Shown: in pieces, positions 17,063-25,759 of the stretch | How positions within the stretch are numbered: position 1 is the first letter of the stretch | Layout: every line of letters begins with the position of its first letter | From: a virus | Taxonomy: Duplodnaviria > Caudoviricetes | IMG/VR virus record: IMGVR_UViG_3300043580_000085 | Span: 1 to 37,770 of that record | DNA: 37,770 bases | Reading direction: 5' to 3' (one strand) | The notes under the pieces: model-generated | The model's database searches: none | Seen by the model: the letters and a program-made list of their open reading frames with translations, nothing else | Told to the model about the DNA's origin: nothing | Program-made: the position numbers and the translations under genes

Positions 17063-19171
17063 ATGGCACGTCGCCTGTCCGTCGTCGTCGACATGGACTC
17101 CAGCAAGTACGTCCGCGGCGCTGGCGAACTCGCGGTCAGCACGAAGAAGGCCAGGGACGAGGTCGATGACCTGGGCCGGTCGGCGGACAAGGCCGGCGGC
17201 GAGTTGGACGCCATGGCCGTTCAGGCCAAGCTGGCTGAGAAGGAGCTGAAGAACCTCGACGCCACGGTGGTCCGCGTCCCGGGCCACGAGGACCAACTGC
17301 GTATCGCGGCGCGGGAGGCCGCGCAGGCGCTGGAGAAGGACCTCGCGGCGAAGGCGAAGCAGGCCGAGGCTGACCTCAAGTTCCTGGACAAGCGCATCGC
17401 CACGGTGCAGCGCAGCATCAAGAACCTCGGCCTGGAGTTCTCAGCCACCGGCGACCTGATCACCGGGAAGCGGATCGGTCAGCAGACCTCGCTTCTGGCC
17501 ACCTTGGAAAAGGTTCGCAAGGAGCTGGATCGGAGCAAGTCCAAGGGTGGAGGCCTCACCCTGGACTCGCTCGTCAAGCTCGGCGGCGAGGCGAGCCTTA
17601 TGGCGACGATTGCTGGCACGCAGGCGGGGTCCAATTTCGCGAAGGCGTTCGGCGATTCGACGGATGTCGCTGGTCCTGAGGTGCAGGGCGTCCTGAAGGG
17701 CGCGCTGGTCGCAGGCGCCGCCGCTGCCGCACCTGCCATCGGTGCGGCGGTTTCCGGCGCTGTGGTGGGTGGTGTCGGCACGCTCGGCCTGGCCGGCGGT
17801 ATCTTCGCGGCCAGCAGGGATCCGTTGGTTCAGTCGGCGGCGCAGGACTTCGCGTCCAGTCTCGCCGGTACGTTCTTCCGCGCCGGTAAGTCGTTTGTGG
17901 ATCCGATCCGGGAGTCTCTCGGCATTCTGAAGGCTGATGTTGAGTCACTCGACCTGGAGTCGCTGTTTGCGAAGGCCGCACCGTCTTTGACGATCATCAC
18001 GTCGGGCATCGGTGACATGGTCAAGAACACAATGCCGGGCTTGAATAAGGCTTTCGACAGAATGGAGCCCTTCGCCAGGGCCGCGGCGAACGGATTCGCC
18101 CAGATCGGCACGGCGCTGTCGGGCTTCTTAGACGACGTGTCCCGTTCGCACGGCGCGATCATCGGACTGCAAATGCTTTTCGCCGCCGTGTCGCTGACGA
18201 TCAACGCCCTAGGCAAGATCCTGCTCGGCCTGTCCAACACTCTGCAGTTTGTCAGCGAGGCGTGGGAAAAGGTCGTCAATATCGCCGTGGGCTTTGCCGG
18301 TGCCCTCGACCTGCCCACCGACAAGCTGAAGCAATACCAGTCCGCCTTGCACGACTTCAACACCAACTCTCCGCTTTTTATCCAGGACACCGGCGAGATG
18401 GGTGGCTCTATCTTCGATCTTGGCAACGAGACCGAGATAGCGAAGCAGAAAGTCCAGGACTTCCAGCAGAAGATGCAGGACTTCATGACGGCCGAGCTGG
18501 GGTTGGCCGATGCCACCACGGCCGTAGCGCAGGACTTCGCCGACCTGGGCAAAAACCTGGATGAGGGCAAAGGCAAGTGGGACAACAATTCTCAGGCCGG
18601 CCGGAACAATCAGACTGTCCTCAGAGGAGTCATCGGGGATCTCGAACGTCAGCGGGAACAGGCCATCGCCACCAGCGACGGCACCCAGGCGTCCGTCGAT
18701 GCGATCAACCGTAAGTACAACGAGCAGATCAATCACCTAAACTCGATCGCCATTCAGGCCGGTGCTACGAAGGGGCAGCTGGATGCGATGGCCGCGAACC
18801 GGCGCTTCACCATCGTCGGCGACGTCATCCTGCACAACGCCTCCGTGCTCGGCAACAAGTACGACAAGAACCAGACCCTGAGGTTGGGCTACGCATCCGG
18901 TGGTGACCCGCCCCCCGGGTGGGCCTGGGCTGGTGAGCACGGCCCGGAGCTCATCAAATTCCGCGGCGGTGAGCACGTTTTCAACCACGAGGAGTCGATG
19001 GCGATGACCAAGCCCTACAAGGGCGGCTCCGCGGCAGCTTCTGTGCCGTCGCAGATCACCGTGGTCGCATCCCTGGATCCGATGATGTCCGCTGGCAATC
19101 GCGATCTGGGAACGGCGGTGCTGCAGATGCTGCGTTTCAAGGTCCAAGCCGGATACAGCTTAACCACCTAA
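17063..19171 (+). CDS. Tape measure protein
   Basis: 702 aa, helical and Ala/Gly-rich; follows the chaperones; C-terminal GYASGG...WAGEHGPEL motif. Confidence 0.9.
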   Translation: MARRLSVVVDMDSSKYVRGAGELAVSTKKARDEVDDLGRSADKAGGELDAMAVQAKLAEKELKNLDATVVRVPGHEDQLRIAAREAAQALEKDLAAKAKQAEADLKFLDKRIATVQRSIKNLGLEFSATGDLITGKRIGQQTSLLATLEKVRKELDRSKSKGGGLTLDSLVKLGGEASLMATIAGTQAGSNFAKAFGDSTDVAGPEVQGVLKGALVAGAAAAAPAIGAAVSGAVVGGVGTLGLAGGIFAASRDPLVQSAAQDFASSLAGTFFRAGKSFVDPIRESLGILKADVESLDLESLFAKAAPSLTIITSGIGDMVKNTMPGLNKAFDRMEPFARAAANGFAQIGTALSGFLDDVSRSHGAIIGLQMLFAAVSLTINALGKILLGLSNTLQFVSEAWEKVVNIAVGFAGALDLPTDKLKQYQSALHDFNTNSPLFIQDTGEMGGSIFDLGNETEIAKQKVQDFQQKMQDFMTAELGLADATTAVAQDFADLGKNLDEGKGKWDNNSQAGRNNQTVLRGVIGDLERQREQAIATSDGTQASVDAINRKYNEQINHLNSIAIQAGATKGQLDAMAANRRFTIVGDVILHNASVLGNKYDKNQTLRLGYASGGDPPPGWAWAGEHGPELIKFRGGEHVFNHEESMAMTKPYKGGSAAASVPSQITVVASLDPMMSAGNRDLGTAVLQMLRFKVQAGYSLTT

Positions 19172-22100
19172 TGGCTACCGCCTTCCGGTCCTCCCAGAGC
19201 GTCACGAACGGCGCCGCCGGTACGACCGTGGTCGTCACCAAGCCGGCCGGCCTGGTCGACACTGGTTTGAACCCGTCCCGCGACCACCTCATCGCCTACA
19301 TAGCTGCTGGCGGTGCGCCGAGCATCACTCCGCCGGCCGGGTGGACACTCGTCAACACCGTCGCGTCCGGCACCGCGGTGAGGTTGTGGATGTACCACAA
19401 ACTTGCCTCATCTGAGCCGGCCAGCTGGACGTGGACACTCGGCACGTCGCTGCGTACCTGGGGGTGGGTCGGCGCCTACACCGGCGTGGACCCGACCACC
19501 CCGATCACGGCCACTGGTACCGACAACACCCTGACTGGTAGCACAGCACTCTCACCAGCTTTTGCCGCGATCGCCTCCCATGGCCAGGGGATCAGTGCTG
19601 CGGCGGCTGTTCGTGCGGCGACTGGTGTTGCTACAACGTGGACGCCGACGAGTACCGAGCGGGCTGACCTTTCCACCAACGCGGGTGCTGGTATCGACAT
19701 CACCGGCGATGTTGCCGACTCGGTCAACCCCAACGATTTTGATGGCTCTTATGCGCCGACGTTGACGGCCAGTCAGGCGCAGACCGACGGTGTTGCGCTG
19801 TCGTGCACGCTCAATCCCTACTTCACCCCGTACGACGGTGGTCTGATCGGGCTGTCGATCGAGGCGGCTTTGGGCGCCGACCCGGACAGCGATCTGTCCA
19901 CCGCCACGTGGACGCCCATCACGCAGTACGTCAACGACACGACCGGACAAGTCGGCGGCGGCACATGTGTTTCGATCCAGGTGGGCCGGCCGAATGCGTC
20001 GGGGGTAGCTGACCCGGCGGACATCACGTTTACGCTGATCAACCTCAGCGGCGAGTTCACCCACCCCGCCGGTGCGTTCACCCGATACCTGGTGCAGAAA
20101 CTGCCGATTCGGGTCCGCATCAACGGTTTCGGCACCCACACCAGCTACCACCGCGGCACCGCGTTCCTCGACAGCGCCAAGGTTCGCTGGGATCCGAGTC
20201 TCAACACGTCTTTCGTCGACGTCGTTGCGTTGGGACGGCTTAGCTGGATCCAACGCAACTCCCCGCCCCTGCATTCGGCCGGGTACAACTACATCTCCAA
20301 CTCTCCGGACTTTGGCGCACTGAGGCCGATCGCCTACTGGTCTTTCGAGGACGGCTCTGGTGCTGCTGCGGGTTCGTCCGCGATTGCCGGCGTCGACCCG
20401 GCCAGTGTCATTGGGGTTACGTTCGGCGCATCGAATTTGTACACCGGGTCTGATGCGCTGGCTACCCTGTCCGCTACTTCATCCATCGTCGCAACCCCAC
20501 CACTCATCCCAAGCAACCAGTGGTTGCTGCCGTGGGCGTGTAGCCTGCCGACCGAGCCGGCCGCACAAACGATCATTATGAAAGTCTTCACCACCGGGAC
20601 GGCGTACGAGTGGCGGGTCTCCGTCACGCCCGGCACGTCGGCGCTGGTGCTGGATGTTCTCGACACCGCCGGGGCCAGCTTGCTGTCGACGAGCGTCGCG
20701 ATAGACGAGGCCCACTTCTACGGCAAACGCACGGTGTTCTGCCTCGCCGCGTTTGACTCCGGCGCAAACATCGATTACGCGCTGTCCATGAACGGGGACA
20801 CTGGCGGCGGGCTGGGCGGCACGATCGCTGGACGCACCAAAGGTGTTGTTTACGGGATCAAGGTCGATCCTGCCCCTGGCCTAGACAACGCAATATTCGG
20901 CCACCTCGGCTTTTATAACAACGGCTTTTTCGCCGATGCGCTCTCGTCGGCCACCGTGCTTCTGTCGCAGATCAGCGCAGCGCTGGTTTTCGGCTCTGCC
21001 GGGGAACTCCCCTCGGAGAGGTTCCAGCGGCTATGCCTACAAAGCGACGTGCCGAACACCGTGACGCAATCCGCCACAACCGATCTGACCATGGGCAAGC
21101 TGGGGATCTCGACGCTGGGAGATCTGCTCCGGGAGTGCGCCGACGTGGAGGGCTGCTTGATGCACGATGCCGGCACTAACCCGACCGGTACCAAAACCGG
21201 GGTGCTGGAGTTCCCGGCGCGAGACCGGCGCGACAACGCCGCCGCCACCATGATTTTGGATTTCGCGTCACGCCAGCTGGCCGACTTCCAGCCGATCCTT
21301 GATGGACAGAACATCGTCAACGACGTCGAGGTGACAAGGCCTGGCGGCGGATCGGCCCGCGCCACTGACGAAGAGTCCATCGCCACTAGAGGCCGGTGGC
21401 CGACCCAACTCACCCGGAACGTCAACAGCGATGACGTCCTGATCCATCTCGCGCAGTGGGCCGTGAACATGGGCACCGTGCCAGGCATGCGCTACCCGCA
21501 GGTGGATATCAACCTGAGGGCCTCGCCTCTTCTGGCTCAGCAGTGGCTCGCGTCGCCGCTGTCGTCGAAAATCCTGATCACCAGTCCACCGTCGCAGTAC
21601 CAGCCGGACAGCATGCCCGCATTCCTGGAGGGTTACCGCGAAGAGTTGGGGACCTTCAGGTGGGATGCGACGCTAAACCTTAGCCCGGCGCAACCTAACA
21701 GTGTTTTCGTCCTCGCCGAGACGGCGGCGGACGCGGGAGAGTTCGTGGGCCGACTCGCCCCGGACCAGGCTGTTTTGCGCGGCGACCACACCAGCACCAC
21801 CACGAGCATCGCCGTCGACCCGAACTTCGGGCGCTTCACCACAGTGGCCGACGACTTCGTGCCCAACCTCAGGGTGCGGGCAGGCGGCGAAAGCATGGAT
21901 GTGTCGGCTGTCGCAACCACGGCGGCAACATTCGTCGCGGTCGGCGCCGCGAGTCACGCCGACAATGCGGCCGTTAGTCCGGCCATCTATGCCGGGGCGG
22001 CAACTGGCGATCTGATCGGGGTGGTGGCGGCTACTCGCGGTGCTGGCACGCTGGCCACACCGGCCGGCTACACGCGGCTGACGACGTGGGCTGCCGTGGA

Positions 22101-22656
22101 CAACGTTGCGCTGTTTGTGAAGGTTCACAGTGGGTCGGAGAGCGCACCCACCATCACCCCATCAGGCGGTGCGGCCGGTGACACGGTGTCCGCGGTGACG
22201 TTCGGGTTCCGGAACATGCCCACCACGCTGGCCGACCTGAACGGCTTGGTACAGGCCCAGTTTTCCCAACTCAACGCGTCGGCGCAGAACATCAACTACC
22301 CGCGGCTCATGCCTCTCCTCGACGGCAGTGTCATCCTGTTGCTCGCCTGGAAGCAGGACGACTACACCTCGGTGGCCCCGCCCGCCGGTTTCACGGAAAT
22401 GATCGAGGCATCGACGGTGACGGGCGGCGACCAGTCGCTGTACGTCGCCTACCAGATCCAGACGGCACCGGCCGTGATCGAGAATGGCTCGCTGGTGGTC
22501 ACCGGCGGGGCTGCGGCAATCTCCCGCGCCGCCACGGTGGTACTGCCGGGCGGATTCCAGACCATGACCGTCACCCGAAGCGTGAACGGTGTCGTGAAGG
22601 CTCAAGCCAATCAGACGCTGATTGAGGTGGAGAATGATTTCGTACTTGGCTTGTAG
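19171..22656 (+). CDS. Large minor tail/hub protein with accessory beta-sandwich domains
   Basis: 1161 aa after the tape measure gene; PIAYWSFEDG (LamG-like), IVNDVEVTRPGG, MRYPQV, EGYREE, TVTRSVNGVVK motifs. Confidence 0.8.
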   Translation: MATAFRSSQSVTNGAAGTTVVVTKPAGLVDTGLNPSRDHLIAYIAAGGAPSITPPAGWTLVNTVASGTAVRLWMYHKLASSEPASWTWTLGTSLRTWGWVGAYTGVDPTTPITATGTDNTLTGSTALSPAFAAIASHGQGISAAAAVRAATGVATTWTPTSTERADLSTNAGAGIDITGDVADSVNPNDFDGSYAPTLTASQAQTDGVALSCTLNPYFTPYDGGLIGLSIEAALGADPDSDLSTATWTPITQYVNDTTGQVGGGTCVSIQVGRPNASGVADPADITFTLINLSGEFTHPAGAFTRYLVQKLPIRVRINGFGTHTSYHRGTAFLDSAKVRWDPSLNTSFVDVVALGRLSWIQRNSPPLHSAGYNYISNSPDFGALRPIAYWSFEDGSGAAAGSSAIAGVDPASVIGVTFGASNLYTGSDALATLSATSSIVATPPLIPSNQWLLPWACSLPTEPAAQTIIMKVFTTGTAYEWRVSVTPGTSALVLDVLDTAGASLLSTSVAIDEAHFYGKRTVFCLAAFDSGANIDYALSMNGDTGGGLGGTIAGRTKGVVYGIKVDPAPGLDNAIFGHLGFYNNGFFADALSSATVLLSQISAALVFGSAGELPSERFQRLCLQSDVPNTVTQSATTDLTMGKLGISTLGDLLRECADVEGCLMHDAGTNPTGTKTGVLEFPARDRRDNAAATMILDFASRQLADFQPILDGQNIVNDVEVTRPGGGSARATDEESIATRGRWPTQLTRNVNSDDVLIHLAQWAVNMGTVPGMRYPQVDINLRASPLLAQQWLASPLSSKILITSPPSQYQPDSMPAFLEGYREELGTFRWDATLNLSPAQPNSVFVLAETAADAGEFVGRLAPDQAVLRGDHTSTTTSIAVDPNFGRFTTVADDFVPNLRVRAGGESMDVSAVATTAATFVAVGAASHADNAAVSPAIYAGAATGDLIGVVAATRGAGTLATPAGYTRLTTWAAVDNVALFVKVHSGSESAPTITPSGGAAGDTVSAVTFGFRNMPTTLADLNGLVQAQFSQLNASAQNINYPRLMPLLDGSVILLLAWKQDDYTSVAPPAGFTEMIEASTVTGGDQSLYVAYQIQTAPAVIENGSLVVTGGAAAISRAATVVLPGGFQTMTVTRSVNGVVKAQANQTLIEVENDFVLGL

Positions 22657-22665
22657 GAGCGACTG

Positions 22666-23166
22666 ATGGGTGTCTTCACCGCAGCAATCCCCTCTTTCGC
22701 GGCGGGTGCGAAACTGCGCGGCGTCGACGAACAGACGCTAGGCCTGGCCCTGTCCGCGCTCACCGTCGCGTGGACAACATGGCCTCCTACGCTGACGAAC
22801 CTGACCCAGGGAAACGGCATCATTACGGCCAAATACCGGCAGCTGAACAAGACGGTGGATTACCGATTCAAGATGAAACTTGGCAGCACGTCCGCCGTGG
22901 GCTCCAACCCTCGGATCTCGCTGCCCGTCGCCCCGCACGCCGAGTACGCCGCGGACGAGGACCGCCTAGGATCCGCTCTACTCCTGGACTTCGCCACCAA
23001 TCTGTACGACGGCGTCTTGTGGCTCATCAGTGGAAGCACTGTGGAGATCGGAGTCTTCAACGCTTCGGGTGCGACCGTCAACAAGATCTCAGTGACCGCG
23101 ACGGTTCCTTTCAGCTGGGGTGCGGGCGACAGCCTGAGCTGCAACGGCACCTACGAGGCGGCCTGA
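22666..23166 (+). CDS. Minor tail protein
   Basis: WTTWPPTL...GNG...AKYRQ...ISLPV...PFSWGAGD...GTYE family. Confidence 0.7.
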   Translation: MGVFTAAIPSFAAGAKLRGVDEQTLGLALSALTVAWTTWPPTLTNLTQGNGIITAKYRQLNKTVDYRFKMKLGSTSAVGSNPRISLPVAPHAEYAADEDRLGSALLLDFATNLYDGVLWLISGSTVEIGVFNASGATVNKISVTATVPFSWGAGDSLSCNGTYEAA

Positions 23167-23927
23167 TGGCCGCCGCCGAGTTCTACGTCTGGGACCGCCT
23201 GGGTCGACCGTGGACCCTGACCACGCCACTGGTCGATCTCAAGTCCAAGATGCGGGCCGCTTTCGCGAGCGTGGTGCTCGGCACGCTCGGCGACGCCAGC
23301 CACCTCGGCGCCGTCCCGCCGCAGGACCACACCCCGTATTCGGCCGACGGATACCCGAGGCCCAACCCGGAATGGGTCGTGCACGCTATCGATGTCATGC
23401 ACCACCCCGAGTCCGGTGTGGACTGTGCTGTGCTGTTCGGGTACTGGCTTTCCGAGGCTCGGGCCGGGCGGATGCCGTGGCTGAAGTACCTGATCTGGCA
23501 GGCCAAGATCTACGACGTGCGCCACGGCTGGATAGCGCAGTCCAGCTCCGGGCACTACGACCACGTGCACCTCTCGGCCCGCACCGACACCGAGTCCACA
23601 CACCTGGGCGGCTGGTCACCCGTACCGCCCGCACCGGTCGCACCAACTCCAGCGGAGGATGACATGCCCGGACTTTTCAAGATCCAGGGATCCGACACCT
23701 TGTATCTGAGCGACGGATTCCGACGCAAGACGCTCAGCTACCCCATGTGGCAGCAGTACAAGGCCGCCTGGGGCGACCGGCCGGTGTCAGTGGTCCCCGA
23801 CGAGCCGGCCCTGTCCGCGCTCGCCGGACCCGACTGGCAGGAGGTGACCGGGCCCGCGGCAGCGGTCGACCTGGCGGCCATCGCCAAGGCCGTCAACGAC
23901 GACGCGGCCGCGCGCCTCGTGGGCTGA
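23166..23927 (+). CDS. Endolysin, M15-like (LAS) Zn peptidase
   Basis: DH...AIDV...KYLIWQAKI...GHYDHVHLS metal-ligand pattern; first gene after the tail genes and followed by membrane proteins. Confidence 0.7.
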   Translation: MAAAEFYVWDRLGRPWTLTTPLVDLKSKMRAAFASVVLGTLGDASHLGAVPPQDHTPYSADGYPRPNPEWVVHAIDVMHHPESGVDCAVLFGYWLSEARAGRMPWLKYLIWQAKIYDVRHGWIAQSSSGHYDHVHLSARTDTESTHLGGWSPVPPAPVAPTPAEDDMPGLFKIQGSDTLYLSDGFRRKTLSYPMWQQYKAAWGDRPVSVVPDEPALSALAGPDWQEVTGPAAAVDLAAIAKAVNDDAAARLVG

Positions 23928-23930
23928 GCC

Positions 23931-24197
23931 GTGGCCCAGTCGACTGTTGCCGGTGTCATCACCGCCATTGCCAGCGTCCTGACCGCCAGCGCCCTGGTCA
24001 TCAGCGCACTGGCCCTGCTACTGCCGATCCTGCGCAAGGCCAAGGCCATCGAGTCCAAGGTGGAAGGCGTGCACATCATCGTCAATCAGCAGCGCACCGA
24101 CCTCCAGAATTATCAGGTCGCCCTGATAGCCGCCCTGACCAAAGCGGGTATTGACGTGCCCGCCGACCAGAGTCTCGGCGCCGTCGGCAAGGAGTAA
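23931..24197 (+). CDS. Membrane protein (lysis cassette)
   Basis: N-terminal TM helix; KVEGVHIIVNQQ. Confidence 0.65.
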   Translation: MAQSTVAGVITAIASVLTASALVISALALLLPILRKAKAIESKVEGVHIIVNQQRTDLQNYQVALIAALTKAGIDVPADQSLGAVGKE

Positions 24198-24208
24198 CCG
24201 CGTCATCC

Positions 24209-24496
24209 GTGCCCTGGACCCCGGCGCGGACGCAACACCCCAGCACAGAGGAGCCCCGATTGTGGGAGAAGTTAGCGATCCAGGGTGGACCCTGGGCAGT
24301 CGTGGCCATGCTGGCTCTATCCGTATTGGCGCTCGTCGTCACCGCGCTGGTCCGTGGTTGGCTTATCCCGCGAAGGACTCACGAAGACCGCGTAGGCGAC
24401 CTGAGGGCAGCCATCAAGGCGCTGGAGATGACAGTGGGCGAACAGAAGACTCAGATAAGCATCCTGCTGGGCGGACGCAAGGACCCATTGCCGTGA
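24209..24496 (+). CDS. Membrane protein (lysis cassette)
   Basis: One TM helix, GWLIPRRTHED, then coiled coil; start uncertain. Confidence 0.65.
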   Translation: MPWTPARTQHPSTEEPRLWEKLAIQGGPWAVVAMLALSVLALVVTALVRGWLIPRRTHEDRVGDLRAAIKALEMTVGEQKTQISILLGGRKDPLP

Positions 24497-24678
24497 GGTG
24501 GCCGTGGCGGCGACACCTCAACGGCTCGAAGGACATCCGCAAGGATGCCGAGGCCAAGTTGGCCGCCGCGAAGAACACAACACCCATGGTGGCAAAGAGG
24601 GCGGCTGAGATCGCTGACCTGACCGCTGACGAGTTCGCCGCCCGGGTGGACAAGGCCTTCCGGCGGCGGCCGGCATGA
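24493..24678 (+). CDS. Small basic protein (MRWPWRR...)
   Basis: GTGA and ATGA coupling on both sides. Confidence 0.6.
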   Translation: MRWPWRRHLNGSKDIRKDAEAKLAAAKNTTPMVAKRAAEIADLTADEFAARVDKAFRRRPA

Positions 24679-24962
24679 GAACCCTCGTCATCGCCGAGGC
24701 TTTCTATCTCCTCGTCATCGCCGCGGTTTTCGTCGCCGTGTACGCTCTGCGCTCGCCGTGGAGCACATCGCCGATCGGGCGAAACGTCATGGCGGTCACC
24801 TCCGGTATCGCGGCCCTCCTCGCCGCACTGCTGGCGACGCTGGTGTGGGACGTTCCGATGTGGATATTCGCGGTTGTTGTCGGCGAGTTGTGCATCGCGC
24901 TCACCCGTCGACTGTGGCTTCTGTGGGAGATCCAGCACCACGACGACTGGCCATCCAAGTAG
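24675..24962 (+). CDS. Putative holin (3 TM)
   Basis: PWSTSPIGRNVM motif; three hydrophobic segments. Confidence 0.65.
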   Translation: MRTLVIAEAFYLLVIAAVFVAVYALRSPWSTSPIGRNVMAVTSGIAALLAALLATLVWDVPMWIFAVVVGELCIALTRRLWLLWEIQHHDDWPSK

Positions 24963-24978
24963 AACGGGGGGTTGCCGC

Positions 24979-25281
24979 ATGGCCAAATACTCCAAGGCGA
25001 TCATTGCCGCGCTGGTTATGTTCGCCAGCCTCTATCAGGCTGCGACCGTCGGCGACTCCCCGGCCGGGGCGGGCGTCGCCTCCGGCGAGTGGGTACGGAT
25101 CATTGTCTCGACTCTGATCTCTGGCATCGCCGTGTGGGGATATCCGAACGCCTCGGCGTGGCCGGCCCAGCCACCGGCCCCGGACACGGTGACCACAGTC
25201 AACGTCGGGGCGGTGAAGGATCAGCCGTTTATCGCTCCGCTCGTTCAGGGCCGCTACACAACAACCGCACCGAAGGAGTGA
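24979..25281 (+). CDS. Putative holin (2 TM)
   Basis: KYSKAIIAAL...EW...AVWGYPN actinophage holin pattern. Confidence 0.7.
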   Translation: MAKYSKAIIAALVMFASLYQAATVGDSPAGAGVASGEWVRIIVSTLISGIAVWGYPNASAWPAQPPAPDTVTTVNVGAVKDQPFIAPLVQGRYTTTAPKE

Positions 25282-25283
25282 TC

Positions 25284-25433
25284 ATGTTCGCGATATGTGC
25301 ACTGGTGGTGTTCCTGCTCGGCCTGTTCGGGGCCAAGATCGGAACGCTCAGCCTGCTCTACCTCGGGCTGGCATTCCTGGCCCTACATCTCATCTGGTCG
25401 CCGTGGGCGCTGCCCTGGACTCGGCGTGAGTGA
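25284..25433 (+). CDS. Small membrane protein (49 aa, 2 TM)
   Basis: AAGGAG RBS; very hydrophobic. Confidence 0.6.
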   Translation: MFAICALVVFLLGLFGAKIGTLSLLYLGLAFLALHLIWSPWALPWTRRE

Positions 25434-25452
25434 CACGCCGTCTGACCAGCAG
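25432..25452 (+). repeat. 21-bp direct repeat, copy 1 (GACACGCCGTCTGACCAGCAG)
   Basis: Exact copy at 27311-27331. Confidence 0.9.
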
Positions 25453-25508
25453 TGACGCGTTTTCCGTTCGCGCGCTGTCGGCCGGGGGTGCTACCTTCGG
25501 CCCTGCAC

Positions 25509-25575
25509 CTCCCGGTGCGCAGCCCGCGGATACTTCCTTGTAAAGAAAAACCCGCGGGCGTCTTGATCTCGGGAG
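25509..25575 (+). ncRNA. Short Y-RNA-like RNA 1
   Basis: CTCCCGG/TCGGGAG terminal stem; internal loop TGCGCA/TCTTGATC; GCCCGCGG/CCGCGGGC stem; shares CCCGGTGCGCAG and TTGATCTCGGG with RNA 2; upstream of the Ro60 gene. Confidence 0.6.
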
Positions 25576-25585
25576 ACGCCACAAC

Positions 25586-25722
25586 TTCAGATGGTGCCCG
25601 GTGCGCAGGCTGGAGCTACTTCCAACTGTTAATTGGACTATGCGGGTTCGACCATTCCCGCTGTAAAGCGCGGGCGCTAGTCGTCGCTCCGGCCGCTTTG
25701 ATCTCGGGCACCCATATCTGAA
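25586..25722 (+). ncRNA. YrlA-like, tRNA-mimicking Y RNA 2
   Basis: TTCAGAT/ATCTGAA and GGTGCCCGG/TCGGGCACC terminal stems; GGCTGGAGC/GCTCCGGCC; anticodon-like TCCAA-CTGTTAA-TTGGA; T-arm-like GCGGG-TTCGACCATT-CCCGC; adjacent to the TROVE gene. Confidence 0.72.
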
Positions 25723-25725
25723 CTT

Positions 25726-25758
25726 CGGCTCCCTCCCTTGTCGGGAAGGAGCCGTTTT
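25726..25758 (+). terminator. Intrinsic terminator-like hairpin overlapping the Ro60 RBS
   Basis: CGGCTCCCTCCC-TTGTC-GGGAAGGAGCCG-TTTT; AAGGAG (25746-25751) lies in the 3' arm. Confidence 0.6.
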
Positions 25759-25759
25759 C

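Noticed and set aside
25593-25712. tRNA-Asn gene
   Set aside because: It has a GTT anticodon arm but a 10-nt T loop, an extra arm, no canonical D arm or acceptor geometry, and Y-RNA-type termini next to rsr
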